Assembly (NCBI GenBank): GCA_010909165.1
Contig: MU008188.1
Coordinates: 496,001-560,000 of the forward strand
Origin: Anthoceros angustus
Taxonomy: Eukaryota > Plantae > Anthocerotophyta
Direction of reading: 5' to 3'
DNA: 64,000 nucleotides
Part shown: piece after piece, positions 48,598-61,100 of the stretch
Position numbering within the stretch: position 1 is the stretch's first letter
Layout of the letters: each line of letters starts with the position of its first letter
Program-made: the position numbers and the translations under genes
The notes under the pieces: model-generated
What the model saw: the letters and a program-made list of their open reading frames with translations, nothing else
Told to the model about the DNA's origin: nothing
Databases searched by the model: none

Positions 48598-50732
48598 ATG
48601 GCGCCGCTACGTTCCGTGGCACACTTGGCTTCCAGATTTCATCAGGGCAGGCAGCAGACTGTCCGCAGCTCGTCTACAGCTGCTGCAGCAGCAGCCTATC
48701 CCCTGGTACGTCGTGAGCTATTGGGTTTCACCTCTGTTGCACGAATGGTGAAGTTTCTCTGCTGTTGTGTGTGGCAGAGGGTTGGTTTCATAGGCTTGGG
48801 CAGCATGGGCTCTCGCATGGCTGCAAACCTTCTCCAGGCAGGTCATCTTCTCACTGTTCATGACAGGCATGTTGCTCTCACAACGCTGGAACGCGGTGCC
48901 CTTAACCCCTGAAGAAAACCTTCTAATCTGGCTAAACTGGAATTCATGTGATAAATCGAGCACTGGCAGGGATGCGTCAGCGTTGCAGGCGTGTTCGAGC
49001 AAGGGAGCCGCTGTTGCACAGAGTCCCCGTGGAGTAGCTGAGCAGAGCGATGTGGTAATCACGATGTTGCCATCCTCGGAGAATGTGAGTTCTGGCCTTC
49101 CTAGTTACCGGCCTTCAAAGGAAGGCTGCTGTACAAGATATGTCTTGAGATGCACGTTCTCTTTACTCTCATCGGCTTGAACTCCCTGGGTGTCCACTGT
49201 CCAAGAGGCTGACGCTTATTGTGTCCATTGCCCGGCTCTCCAGGTGATGGATGTCTACAGTGGTGACATGGGCATGTTGATCGATGGTTTACGACCATCA
49301 CTGCTCATCGATTGCTCCACTATTGAGCCTAAAGTGTCGAGAGACATAGCAGCAAAAGCTCAAACGTACAGGCTGGCAGAGTGCTCAAGTAATTTTTGGT
49401 CGACGAAAACTTTGAAGCATTTAAATTCAAGTTATCCAGCCACTACTGCACTGCAACCTTTTGCACTCTACTAGAGCGCTCAGAGAATGGATGGTGGGCA
49501 GGAGATGTTGGAGGCGGAGGTCACCCCATAGTTCTGGATGCCCCAGTATCTGGAGGGGTTATTGGAGCAGAGGCAGCGTCTCTTAGCTTTATGGTACAGT
49601 CTCTTCTCAACTCAGTCTTTCCAGTATTTCTTCCTTCTGTTCAGCAATGTGTCTGATTCACACATGGAATATGCCGTAGGTGGGTGGTCCGGAGAAGGGT
49701 TTGAAAGCTGCAGAGCCATTACTGCTGGCTATGGGGAAACGCATCATAGCATGTGGGGATTCTGGAAATGGTGCTGTAAGCGTACATCATTGTCGAACCC
49801 TTTTTTAGATTAGTTCTCAACCTGAAGTTGTGTATGCATTTGCAAGCTTGTAGCTTCATGTACTAGATAATAGGCTCGGTAGCTCCCTGTACTATGTCAG
49901 GTCAGTCTTCATTTTCTGCACACCTTTGTCATGATCATGCGGCTCAACTGCTGCTGTAGGCAGCCATGTTTGGTTGACCTGTTGTTTGGTTTTGCGCTTC
50001 TCTTACAGGCAGCAAAACTATGCAACAACATGGCTTTGGCAGTTAGCATGGCTGCCATATCTGAAGCCTTGGTCCTTGGCCAGAAGTTGGGCATAGATGC
50101 ACACACCTTGACCAGCATACTGAATTGCTCCTCGGCAAGGTGTTGGAGCAGGTATTTGCATATATAGATTACAAGGTAGCTGTAGCTGTGGCCTTCTAAG
50201 GTCTACAAAGCAACTTTAGAATCGTTTGCAATTGTCGAAGCGCTTCTGACAACTGTCCTTGTACAGCGACACTTGCAACCCTGTACCTGGGGTTATGGCC
50301 GGAGTACCTGCGTCCCGAGATTATGAAGGAGGGTTTGCCACTCAACTTATGGTGAGAATATTCGCCTTCTTTGGTAGCTCTCAGGAACTTTTATCCCGTC
50401 TCAGATTTTCATACGAATTATCAGTCAGCATTTCTGAAATGTCCTTTTCGAGATGCAGACAAAAGATTTGAAGCTCGTGCTACGAGCTGCGGAAGAAGCG
50501 GGCTGTGTGAAAACCCCTCTTGCTGCGACAGTGTATGACATGTAAGGCCTTCTCTAACTTTTGGACAGGCTGTGGACTCGAGTGGAAACTAAGAGACTGT
50601 GAGATTGGGCGATGCAGGTACTCAGAGATATGTCGTCAGGGTAATGGAAGAAAAGATTTCAGCAGCATATTTTCTTATCTGTACAGGGGACAACCAGAGT
50701 TGGTTGTAGGTGAGGAATCGTTCATCCGATAG
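48598..50732 (+). CDS. 3-hydroxyisobutyrate dehydrogenase (mitochondrial-type), multi-exon
   Basis: RVGFIGLGSMG, DVVITMLP, LLIDCSTI, LDAPVSGG, VGGPEK, AAKLCNNM, NCSSARCWS, NPVPGV..YEGGF, KDFSS; stop at 50732. Confidence 0.95.
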
Positions 50733-51564
50733 GTACAGACCGTCAGGGTCAAGTAGTTGTGACAGTGCAGAATTCTCAGCTGATGCAGCTCAAGTAGGAA
50801 GACATGGAACATAATTCTATTCCCAAATCAAGCGGTAACGAATTCATATCAGTGGCGGCAAAGTCTTTTAGCGGAGCTGAATCAGGTAGATTCCTTCAGA
50901 AGTCGGAGCTGTTGAGTAATGTTTCGAATCTGCGAGACCGTGTTTGTGTATAAATCTGCAAACGAAACACACGCATCATCACGCGAAGCATCATTCCTGG
51001 AGCACGGTTCATGTAGAAGTTCGCCAGCATAATTCAAGTGCCAGGAATTTACCATAGCAAAGGCCGTGCGCGTGCTGCAGCCAATGACCATTGGTGAAAC
51101 AACGTCGTGCAATGCAACCGCCAGGACAGGCCAAGTATCTCCACGAGGCCATAGTAAAGGCAAGAGCCTGCTAAAGAACGCGAACGCGACGAAGGGGCGT
51201 GCTCCCTGTCGGAACGTTCTCCATTGCTCCTGCCATCACAGCCTGCAAGTTCCGGCACTGTACGGGACACAGTTAGAAACATCAGAGTACCTGTGCTCAA
51301 ACTGAAATCCTGAACATTAACGAGGGTCGAAACACGAGAAGGTGCTAAGGACTAAGTGCGGACAACTAACCTAAGAAGTTGCAATCGGAGTGGTGACGCG
51401 TGAGGTGGCGAAGCGCAAACCAGAATCCGACCGACCTCTGAGAGCAATGTTCCATCCTCGAATAATATTTGCCAGCAAGGACCTGGCAAGCATGCTTGTG
51501 GTGTGCAGCAAGCTGATACTATTTATTCAGTTGCATTGCGGAAAGAACGGAGAACATTGTTCTA

Positions 51565-52391
51565 TCAGTAGCGTTGGCAGCCTTGGACGAATTTCACCTC
51601 CAGTGCATACTCGAACGAATTTGAATACTGAAAATACACACTGTGACCAGCTTCGATAGGCTTGCCGTCATTCACTAAACAATCATTGTACCTAATACGC
51701 CTGAAGGTGTTGGGAAGGACTAAATTGGCTGAAGCAAACCAGCCACAGGAAATATGCACATTGGAAATGGGGCAGTCTACGGCGCATAGGTTGAAGATCT
51801 GAACGGTAAAAGTTGGAATGCCGCTGGGAGAAGGGCTTGATTGGCCCTGAAAAATACTTATATCAGATTTGGTACAGGATTCTGCAATACGAACCACCCT
51901 GATCGAGCATGAGGAATTTGAACAAAGGCATGGTAGTAAAAAGGGAGAAACGAAAACAACACTACCAGTCCAGGCAAGAAACGTAAAGGGGAGGCAGACA
52001 GGCAGTAAGCTGGTCCAGTACTCACGCAGGAGCTTCCGGTTGCCGTGCTTGAATTTCCTAGCGCGAATCACTGCTACATCCTCCGCGGTGAGCAAATCTG
52101 GAACAAATCCCCCACTCTCATTGTGCAGCACCTGCACCGCGCGCTCCAAATCTGCAAGGAGTGAATATGCCAAGGACAAATTCAGAAGGAGACAAAGCGC
52201 GGTCTGAGTACAGGCCAAGGCACAAAAACATGTTGGACGATGAAGAGAGTTGCTGTGTCCAAGGCTTCCGGAAACAGACCTTGGCTGTCAGCAGCCTTGG
52301 ATGCGGCGAGGACGGCTGTGGGAGAGTAGAGGAGAAGGCAGAGGAGCAACAGACATCTCCGCAGCATGCGAGAAGGTTGAGCGGCTGCCAT
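51565..52391 (-). CDS. TPD1-like secreted cysteine-rich peptide, probably 3 exons
   Basis: Signal peptide MAAAQPSRMLRRCLLLLCLLLYSPTAVLA. C-terminal SCTKSDISIFQG..GIPTFTVQIFNLC..CPISNVHISCGWFASA..FRRIRYNDCLVNDGKPI..FQYSNSF matches the TAPETUM DETERMINANT1 domain. Confidence 0.9.
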
Positions 52392-52997
52392 CTCCTAAGC
52401 TATGAAATACGCGAGAAGACCACGGCGCGGAAGAGAATATATAGCCCGAGGAGCCGGTGGCGGCGCCACAATCCTGGTCGTATCGGGTTCCCGAGGCTGT
52501 GCTGGCGGCGCCGCAATCCTGGCTGTAGCGCTTGTGACTAGATACTTCCTGGCCAGAATCAGAATCGATCATAATTGGCAGCGGAGGGAAGTCGCAATCG
52601 CAGTCAAAAACTAGAATGCTTGTTCCCGCTGGCAGGCCGCCAGACGATTGTTTGCATGGAGACTGCGTTGGCTGAAGCGTCGCTCCCTGGAGCACAAACT
52701 GGCCACAAGCTGCATTCCATCCCAGTTTGGCAGTCAGTGGAAATCAAGATAGGGAGCGGAGACGAAGAGCGTTGGAAGCGACAAGATCGCGTCGCATGGC
52801 ATCTCGGGAAATTGCGGTCCCAGGACTCGGTCCGGTGAAAACGAAAAGCCACAGCACAGAAGAGAAGAGCAGGGCGGTGCGAGCTGGAGGAGGGGGAACG
52901 GCAGGCAGAATTTTGCATGGGAGGGCTGCGAGGCAGGCCCGAGCTGGGGAGCAAGCGGGAGGAAGAAATTGGCAGCGGGGGATGCTCAACTGCAGCA

Positions 52998-53161
52998 CGC
53001 GAGGCGAGGCGAGGCGAGGCGAGGGGAGGGGAGGCGAGGCGAGGCGAGGCGAGGCGAAGCGAGGGGAGGCGAGAGCGGGAAGACACTCTCGCTGGCCGCT
53101 CATGAGCCGGGAAGTGGAGCGGGTTGGGGGAAAGAGAGAGAAAGAGAGAGAGAGAGAGAGG
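52998..53161. repeat. (GCGAG)n and (GA)n simple repeats upstream of the TPD1-like gene; (GGGTC)n at ~53357-53380
   Basis: Direct reading. Confidence 0.9.
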
Positions 53162-55055
53162 TTCTGGTGGAAACGGTGAGCATAGGTAAATTTTTCTTGG
53201 CGAGGCGCGGTAAGTTTTTAGTCTTGGACGTTAAAAGTTGAGGCACACCTGGCAGGCCGTGCACGCGTTTGCGTTTTCGGCGGCCGGTGCCTGGTTAGCA
53301 GTAAAGGCTGCGGCGCGAATCAGCGATATGTGCGCTGCGGGTTTACTGTATATGTCGGGTCGGGTCGGGTCGGGTCGGGTGAATGGTCCGGGTCCGGTCC
53401 CTGAGAACTGCCGCATGGGCCATCGGAATGCTCAATCATGCCCCTTCACGCTCGTCAACGACCCGCCTTCCCACCACCACGCCATATCAGTTTCACCACT
53501 TACAAAAAGCATATGCCGTTATTACGTTACACATTCTGCTCCTTGCATGCCCATACTTGGAATGCCTATGTTCCATGTATATAAGTCAAAAAAAGCCCAA
53601 TATTCGAAGGTCAACATGTTTGTCTTGCGGGTGAGGTGAAATACTATCCAGGCTCCTATTAAATAATCCTAAGTTTTTTTTGATCATTTATGCTATTTTT
53701 AAAATAGTATTAAATATTTTAGATATATATAATTTAAAAAAAATTATATATAGTTTTTTAAAACTTAGGAATATAATATTCCAGATTTTAAATGAATCTT
53801 TACTACCTCAAGCTTTTGTTCACTAGATTATAACAAGTTTCAAAATACAAGGCGTTCGAAGATGTGTCGTTTTGAAATTGGGCTGATGATTTAAAAACCA
53901 ACAAACTACTTCAAGAACTTATGGCTCGCATTAGCCTCAAAGCAAACCCATGTTGCAAACCCATGTACCAATTGCTCGTCATGTGCATACTATTTTCCAA
54001 GAAGCGGATAAGGTGCATATCCATTTGTTGGGAAAGGATGGAGAGTTAGATAAGGCGCATATCCATTTATTAGAAAAGGATGGAGAGTTGGGGTTCTTCT
54101 TCTTGTGAGGTTTCTTGTGAAGTGTAGATGTTAGATTTGTGGATTCCTTTGATGGCATGGCCCATTTGTATCCCACTTGGGTACACAAGGAAATATTATA
54201 TCAAGAGTGTTCATATATTAGATGTGTACAAATCACTTGAATTATATTATATTATATTATATTATATTATTAGAATTAAAATTTACAAAAGCCAATAAGC
54301 ACTCGCCTGATAATTAGTGACAACGTTTATTTTCAAAACATATATGTAGGTACGGCAGTTACTTAGAGTACGAGGTAGAATTTTACAGTTGACGGCGATG
54401 ATTCGTGTGCAGACACAGTATATGTGTTGGGAGAGCGGCTGCAGAGCTCCGAGGTCCGAGGCGGAGCAGCAGGGGCCAGGGACAGGGCCGTGGGGGAGCA
54501 GGGGGTAGGGAGTCGGGACGGGCGGCCGGGCATCAGCATTGATGGAGGTGCAAGTGTCAACTGGAGTGGCTCCCGAGACAGGACCCACAGCATTTAAGGA
54601 GAGAGCTCAAAACCTTAACAAGAAATGGCATCTTCAGATTCTTGATTAAAGAAAACCAGGCTGGAATGAATGCAGGCAATGGCATGCTGGCTTCTCACAT
54701 GTGGAGCCGCTATTGAATGGCATGGGATCTGGCGCGTGAGTGATATTACAGTAATAAATTGCTTCCTCGGCTCGCCGTCCTGAACGCTGGTCATTAAGGT
54801 TAGGTGGGATGCGCGGCATGCCGGGTGAGCGGCCATCAACGCCAGATCGCACCCAGCAGCGCATCACGGCGGGGTCAGGCCGCGCCGCGCGCGCCTTCAA
54901 CCATTCAACGAGAGGGAACAGGAGAGCCTATACTCACACCTTGCTCGACACAGATCATTGATGAGATAGGTTGAAATACAGATCATCTACTCCACTCCAA
55001 TTTTGAAACCGTTACAAGGCTCGATCTCCCGCTTGTCGCGCTACTGCCTCTCTAT

Positions 55056-56958
55056 CTACATCATGAATGTTGCCTCCCCGCTGTGCCCCTCCTGCCACCC
55101 GGAGATTAGCTTGAACTTGCAAACGGGGCACGTAGCCTGCTGCCTCAGCCATTGATCAATGCAGCTGGCGTGGAACTGAAAGGCACACACATGGAACGCC
55201 TTGTCAGCAACCTTGCTGTGCGTCCACCACCACCACATGTTTTAGGTCATGGGGTAGCTAGCTCCTCACCTGATGTAAGCACGGTAAGCTGCGAACCATC
55301 TCTCCATCCACAACTTGCTCTAAACACACACTACAAGTCAGCTCCTCGTCCGAGGCTGCCTTTTTGCTTTCCGAGGTTCCCACCTCCCTTTTCTAACACA
55401 TGGAAACAACAACACCTTTAACGCCACGCACAAGAATCTCATGTTTCCCAGCAAAACACCACTTGAATTGGATACGGCAGAAAGACAGACGCACCGAGGT
55501 GATGTCCGAAGAGGATACCACACCCGCAGGTGGCATCGCAGCTACTGTGTCACTGCAGAACATGCGACATCAGGTAAGCGACCGAAGGCATAATTCCTTG
55601 ACCGGGAGAGATGAACCGCAGGATCGTATTGCCTTGCCTGAGTTCACCACTAGCAGTAGCGTCATAGCTGGATGAAGACTTGTACTTGTGTATCGGAAGG
55701 CAATTGATTTCTGCCTCGTTTAGGGCATCAACACGGGGCAAGTTGTCCCCATCAAGTGCTCGCAGTGCATCGTAGTCTACACAAAAACATGAAACACTTA
55801 GATGATTTGCCGACATACACTTCAAAAATCCAACCCATGGAACTGAAGGCTTCGGTGAACGGGGAAACACACCCAGATCATCAAACTCGCGATCTAAAAG
55901 GGCAAGCTGAAGCCTAAGCCCTTGCAGCCGACCACGAGTTGCAAATGCGATGGACGGCGGCATGCGCACACGCAACTCAGTGTGGCCCACCAATCCACCA
56001 GATCCCGCTGTGGCTGTTGCATGAGCATGGGCATGGGCTTGCGCTTGGAGCTGCTGACACATTGCATACATTCTAATACTTGTGGCCATCAAAAACACTC
56101 CAATCCCGAGCCATAACTGCAAGGACAGTGGACAAGAAACCCAGAAAGTCAGCATGAGTTGCTCATGGAGATGAGCTTATCTCATCTTGCAACAACGAAG
56201 GTATCACCGGGTCATCACATGTCACGAAACGTTCGCATTCTTATGACAGAAGTGTCAAAAAAGAGCACAGCAACCTTGTCTGCATGCCATGCTGAGAAAT
56301 TGCATTCACAATACATCTCAAACTGCATCTACAGCCCAAGTCTTGATAAAATCACCAGAAAGTTGGATGACCATTGCTGTGAGTTTAGAAGCATGAAGAG
56401 GAGCAATACTGCATTGACACACCATCCGAAAATGAGCATGTACAGTCGTGCTCTCATGCAACGAGCTGCCAGTCCTCTGAGCACTGTAGAGCAATCCTTT
56501 GCTCCCTCTAAAGTACTAACAGGAAAGGAAAAACATGTCACAGTTCTGCCCAGGGGATTAAACAAGACAAACATGTGAAAAAGATGGCCATGGGATTAGC
56601 ATTGATCGTTCGTCCTGCTCCATGGAATCTCTGCACAGGAAATTGACTGGGTGAGGAATCTGATCCTCATCACGTGAGGCTTGCAACGCAAAATAGCCTT
56701 TCCCACATGTCCCACAAAACCTAGATAGAGATAAGAAAAGAGAAAGCTGCTAACGGAAAGACAAAGACAAACAAAGATCGCTCAACATGGCTCCTTCTCA
56801 GATACTAAAAGCACAGGCACCCTACACAGCACTATCCTGCAATTTTGCTGAAGGGTAGGGTTAGAGCACACTACACTTCTCCGCTCAGGCAGGAAGTTCG
56901 AAATAGGCTGAAAACCGCTCTCCAGGTCACCTCTTGATCCCCGAAAGACAAAACTCAT
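55056..56958 (-). CDS. SDIR1: RING-H2 E3 ubiquitin ligase, SDIR1 orthologue, multi-exon
   Basis: MSFVFRGSRGDLESGF, VLLLFMLLNSQQ, LWLGIGVFLMATSIRMYAMCQQLQAQA, PPSIAFATRGRLQGLRLQLALLDREFDDL, FHASCIDQWLRQQATCPVCK..GWQE. Confidence 0.96.
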
Positions 56959-58139
56959 CCTCACAAACCGGTTGATTCTGCCTGTCACAACTGCACAGCT
57001 TGACCCCAAAACGCTCTGGGAGCTGCCGGCTACTTGAATGCCAGAAGGGCGTGACACAATAATGGCTACAACACTATCCGCCCTTGGTTGCAGGAAGTGT
57101 CTCACGACATGTCCTTTTCAGGTCTCCAACCAAGTGCCTCTGGCGAGCTGTTGACAATCCAAGTGCATTGCTGCGCTTTTTCACCCTTCTTTCATGCCCT
57201 GGACAACGTGTATGCACGCATAGCTTCTCGATTACCTGTGCACCAGAATCATCCCAGAATAAGAATTACCATGAATTTTCCAGAAAACGTTAAGCACGGC
57301 AAGCTGTAGAGTCACCCGAACGCTTGCGGCCATTCATTCGTCTCGGAGGAAAAGATCATCACAAAACGCAAATCCAACCACGTACATCAAGTAGGCCCAG
57401 AAAAGACGACTTCCCAAACCACGACCCATCTGTCCATCACTAGGTCCCAGACTCCACATAAAGAAGCTGGAGAGAGTGAAACTGGAGACACTACACGGGG
57501 CATCAGGAACTCCATGCGACGGTGGCGGAGGATGGCGTCTGCTTCAAATTCAGGCTGGAGAAGCATGCAGGACAGGCCAGGGTCTATCACGGAACACCGA
57601 AGTACGGTTGGAGGAATGAGATACGGGAAAGATGATGGATCAATCTGGCATACTTCACGCGTTCAAACTTAGAAGCCAGGAACCTGCTAGAATCTTCCCG
57701 GGAGCCGTTAGACATCTGACTCCTGCAGGAGCATCGATCGTAGAAAGTGTACCGTAAGAACCCTATGCGATTGACAGCGTGCTGGTAGCGTCCTTGTCCC
57801 AGTTCAAGGACGCAGCCCTTGGAGCTCCAACTGGAAACGCAAAGCAGCGGCTGGACGGTGTCCGTCTTGTTGATGTTATAGCGATGGCAGCCTGCATGTT
57901 CCTCGGAACATCAGGCGACCCAGAGGAAGCACATCCAGTTCGACTTGGAGTGGGAGGTCGTTCGAGATTGTGAAGTGAAACATTTCAAGAGAACTTTCTC
58001 GCTTCCCCAAAACAACGTGAAGAATAAGGAGAAAGGAAAATCATTTTATATCGAATTCTTTTGAGTTTCTTGAGAACCTTTACGACTTCTGTTCATGAAC
58101 GAGATTTTCTCATGGTTTAGCGTTCACAGCTACCTACCT

Positions 58140-61100
58140 CTTTATGGAATACCGATCTCGTCAGGAAGCCCTTTAGGGTTTTTTTCCATTGTGACCAAAG
58201 AAGGTTTCCGGCCGCATACGGCGGGAAAACTTCTGGTGCCACACACTTGACGACATCGGTCGTCGGCGCCTGCCCCTCGTGTCCCGATCTCGTCACTAAG
58301 CATGTGTTTGTGTCGGAATCTTTTGTGGTTGTGACACACAATGTTTTCGTTTTAGTGTGAGGGCATGGGCCATCGGACATCCATTCGCATGACCCCATCG
58401 CCCGTCGGTTGCCGTCGGTTGCCATCACGAAACCGTCACGGGCTTTATGGGAGATAGCGTGGAGGCACAAGGGCTGTATACTGCGGCGGGCATACGAGCC
58501 CTTGCTGATAGCGTCTGGCGCCATATGCGCCTCGCGCGCTATCGCGACCATCCGGCGTCGTGCGCTGAGGGGGCCAGCCGACCTCGCGGTGGCGCACACC
58601 ATCTTCACAACCGGCCTTTACATTCCACCACAACAAAGCCACCTGGGCTCAACTCTCAAAACGCCGAACAAACAAATCCAAATTGTCACGCTCCCGGTGA
58701 TGGTGAGCGCACAAAACACTTTTCTCCGGCCTACACCTAGCTCACTCCGGAAGCCGTCAGGCCACACGCCCCTCACACCTCGTGCACCATAGACCGCAGC
58801 AGGTGATGGCCGACGGTGGCTTGACCTCAAATCCGGTGGAGGTATTCGCAATCGTCCCTGTGCTCCTGCACTCCTGCAGTGTTGTTAGTGCCATGTGCGG
58901 CCGATACATGTCCGGAGGAAGTCCATGTCTGCAATCCCTTTGCATATGCATTGTCCTCGCCATCTGCGGTTCTGCACAACAATGATGGCCCACGATTCGA
59001 TTCCCGTGCACACGCACATGGCGGCGATCGCCCTCCCCGCCCTCCACAATCGTAACCTACAGACAAAATAAATGGGCGACTGCGATTTGCTCACCGCTCG
59101 GCAATTCTATGCAGTGGTGGTGGCATCTCGGGGCCACGCTTTGTGCATCTTGAGGCCACCACATCGAACTCCTCGCCATCGTCCTCCTCACCCCATATGC
59201 GGGTGGCTGCACCCACCCTTGTAGTCGACCTTCTTCTTGGAATGCGATAGCGAGCACATGGCGGGAATGTCCCCTGCCACGATCTTCCGCACCGGTGCCT
59301 ATTCCATACACGCCTCCAGCGCTCGAGCTCCGCCTCATCGTGGGCATGAAGGTCACGTCGGGGAATGGATGTGCCGAGGGTTGGTGATGTCGATTGTTGC
59401 TCCTCACCATATCCATCATGTACCCTTGTAGAGGAATGCCCACTTCTCTCCCAAGGACCGAAATGCTCAATCCTCTGCAACAATCCGCATTCACGGCTTC
59501 ACCGGTCATCGCTGCGAAGGAAAGCGGACCAACCTCCTAACTTTTACAGTTGTGCACGGAGGGCCGGATGAAGTTGCTTCCATGTGCCCTTGGCCTCGCT
59601 CGGTTCATATCGCCTCTATTAGGTTGTGCTCTGCTGCGTGGTCGGCCAAGATCCTGCGGATGCCCAAACTTCCTCACTTGCTTCCACATAGGCGTTGAAA
59701 ATCGTCGTTCCCGCTTGTTATCCTCCGGCACCAACGGGGGCGTAATGGGTTGCCCCATCTATGGCCCCGTGCACTCAAGTAGAATTGGTACATCTTGTCA
59801 TAAAAGCGCGAGGCAACATGCACCGTCACATTGCGATCACAACTCCGCAATCACTTCTTCCATGCACCGCCACTGCGAACCCCCCCCCCCTCACGCACTT
59901 ACAATCCATATGCCACATGTACATGGGTGTCGCATTGGTGTCTTGGGCATGATCGCCTGTCGGCAAATCGTGCCATGTGCTCGGCGCATCAAACGCGCGC
60001 CTCTCACCTGCCTCCTTGGGATTTCGATTCCATCCGATTGCGGCTCGCGCACGAATCGTATTCCGTTCGCCGTCGGTGATGGTGTGTGCGTGGCAATCGG
60101 TGCACACCTCCACGGACAACCTCCCATACACCCGCGCCATGCCGTGTGCCGATGCGGGAGCCTCGTCACCGTGCTCAAGGCTGCGACCTAGCTCCGTCGG
60201 TAGGCCTTTCAATGGTCTCCACCAGTCTTTGCCGCCAAATCATACGATTTGCGGTGTAAGGCGCGCACCCGCGTCTCCTATGCATCCCTTCTCCACCTTC
60301 CGCCTCATCCCCGGCTCCGCGGTGCACAAGTGATCACCGTCCTCGTGATGATGGCCTTGCCAAGTCCTCTTGATGCGGCCGTCTTTGCCACCTCTTCCCA
60401 CCATCTTCCTTCTTCGCCCGCCTTGCAAGGCGCGCCCAGCGTCCATGGGCACCCTTCACGCGCGTTTTGCCACGTGATGGCCAAGGTGCAAGGGTGGCCT
60501 CAACACCTCCACCTCGCCTACTTCCTCCAAATGGCGCTTTTCCGCCCATGCGCCTTCCTCCTGTTCAAACCCCAAATGCACCTCTCGCGGCGCGATTTAA
60601 TCCTCCTAACACTTTGCAGAAATGGCATGTCCGCCGCCAAAGGGTTTCTGAGCGACAGCTCGATCGGTATTAGCATGCCACTCGATTTTTGTTCCAGGGG
60701 CAGTCCGATTAAGCGCTTGCGGCGGGGTTTGCGGCATCTGCATGTAGGCACTGCGGCAAGTTCGTGGCGCGCCTAGCTATCACGGTTTCCTTCGTTTCAT
60801 TCATTCATTGTTTGAAGTGCGAACAAGTGCACTCAACACTTCAAACCAGCGCGCGCACACACCCCTGGTTGTGAACAATCTAGAATGGGCGCTTCACGGC
60901 GTCGACACACGCGCGTCCGCCCATTTCGGGCGAGGCCATCGACAATGTCGATGGCCTTCCTCTCCCTATCTTCAATCTTTGCTTAACCCGGCAAAGCAGC
61001 GAACGCCTTACCTCAATGCGCGGTTCCAGCGGTCCTCGGTGCGAACAAAAGGCATGGGATCTTCCGGCTATCGGGCGTATCGTCGACCCCCATTGTGTGG

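Noticed and set aside
54283-54900. Possible small gene or miRNA precursor downstream of SDIR1
   Set aside because: No known miRNA sequence, convincing hairpin or recognisable peptide motif found.
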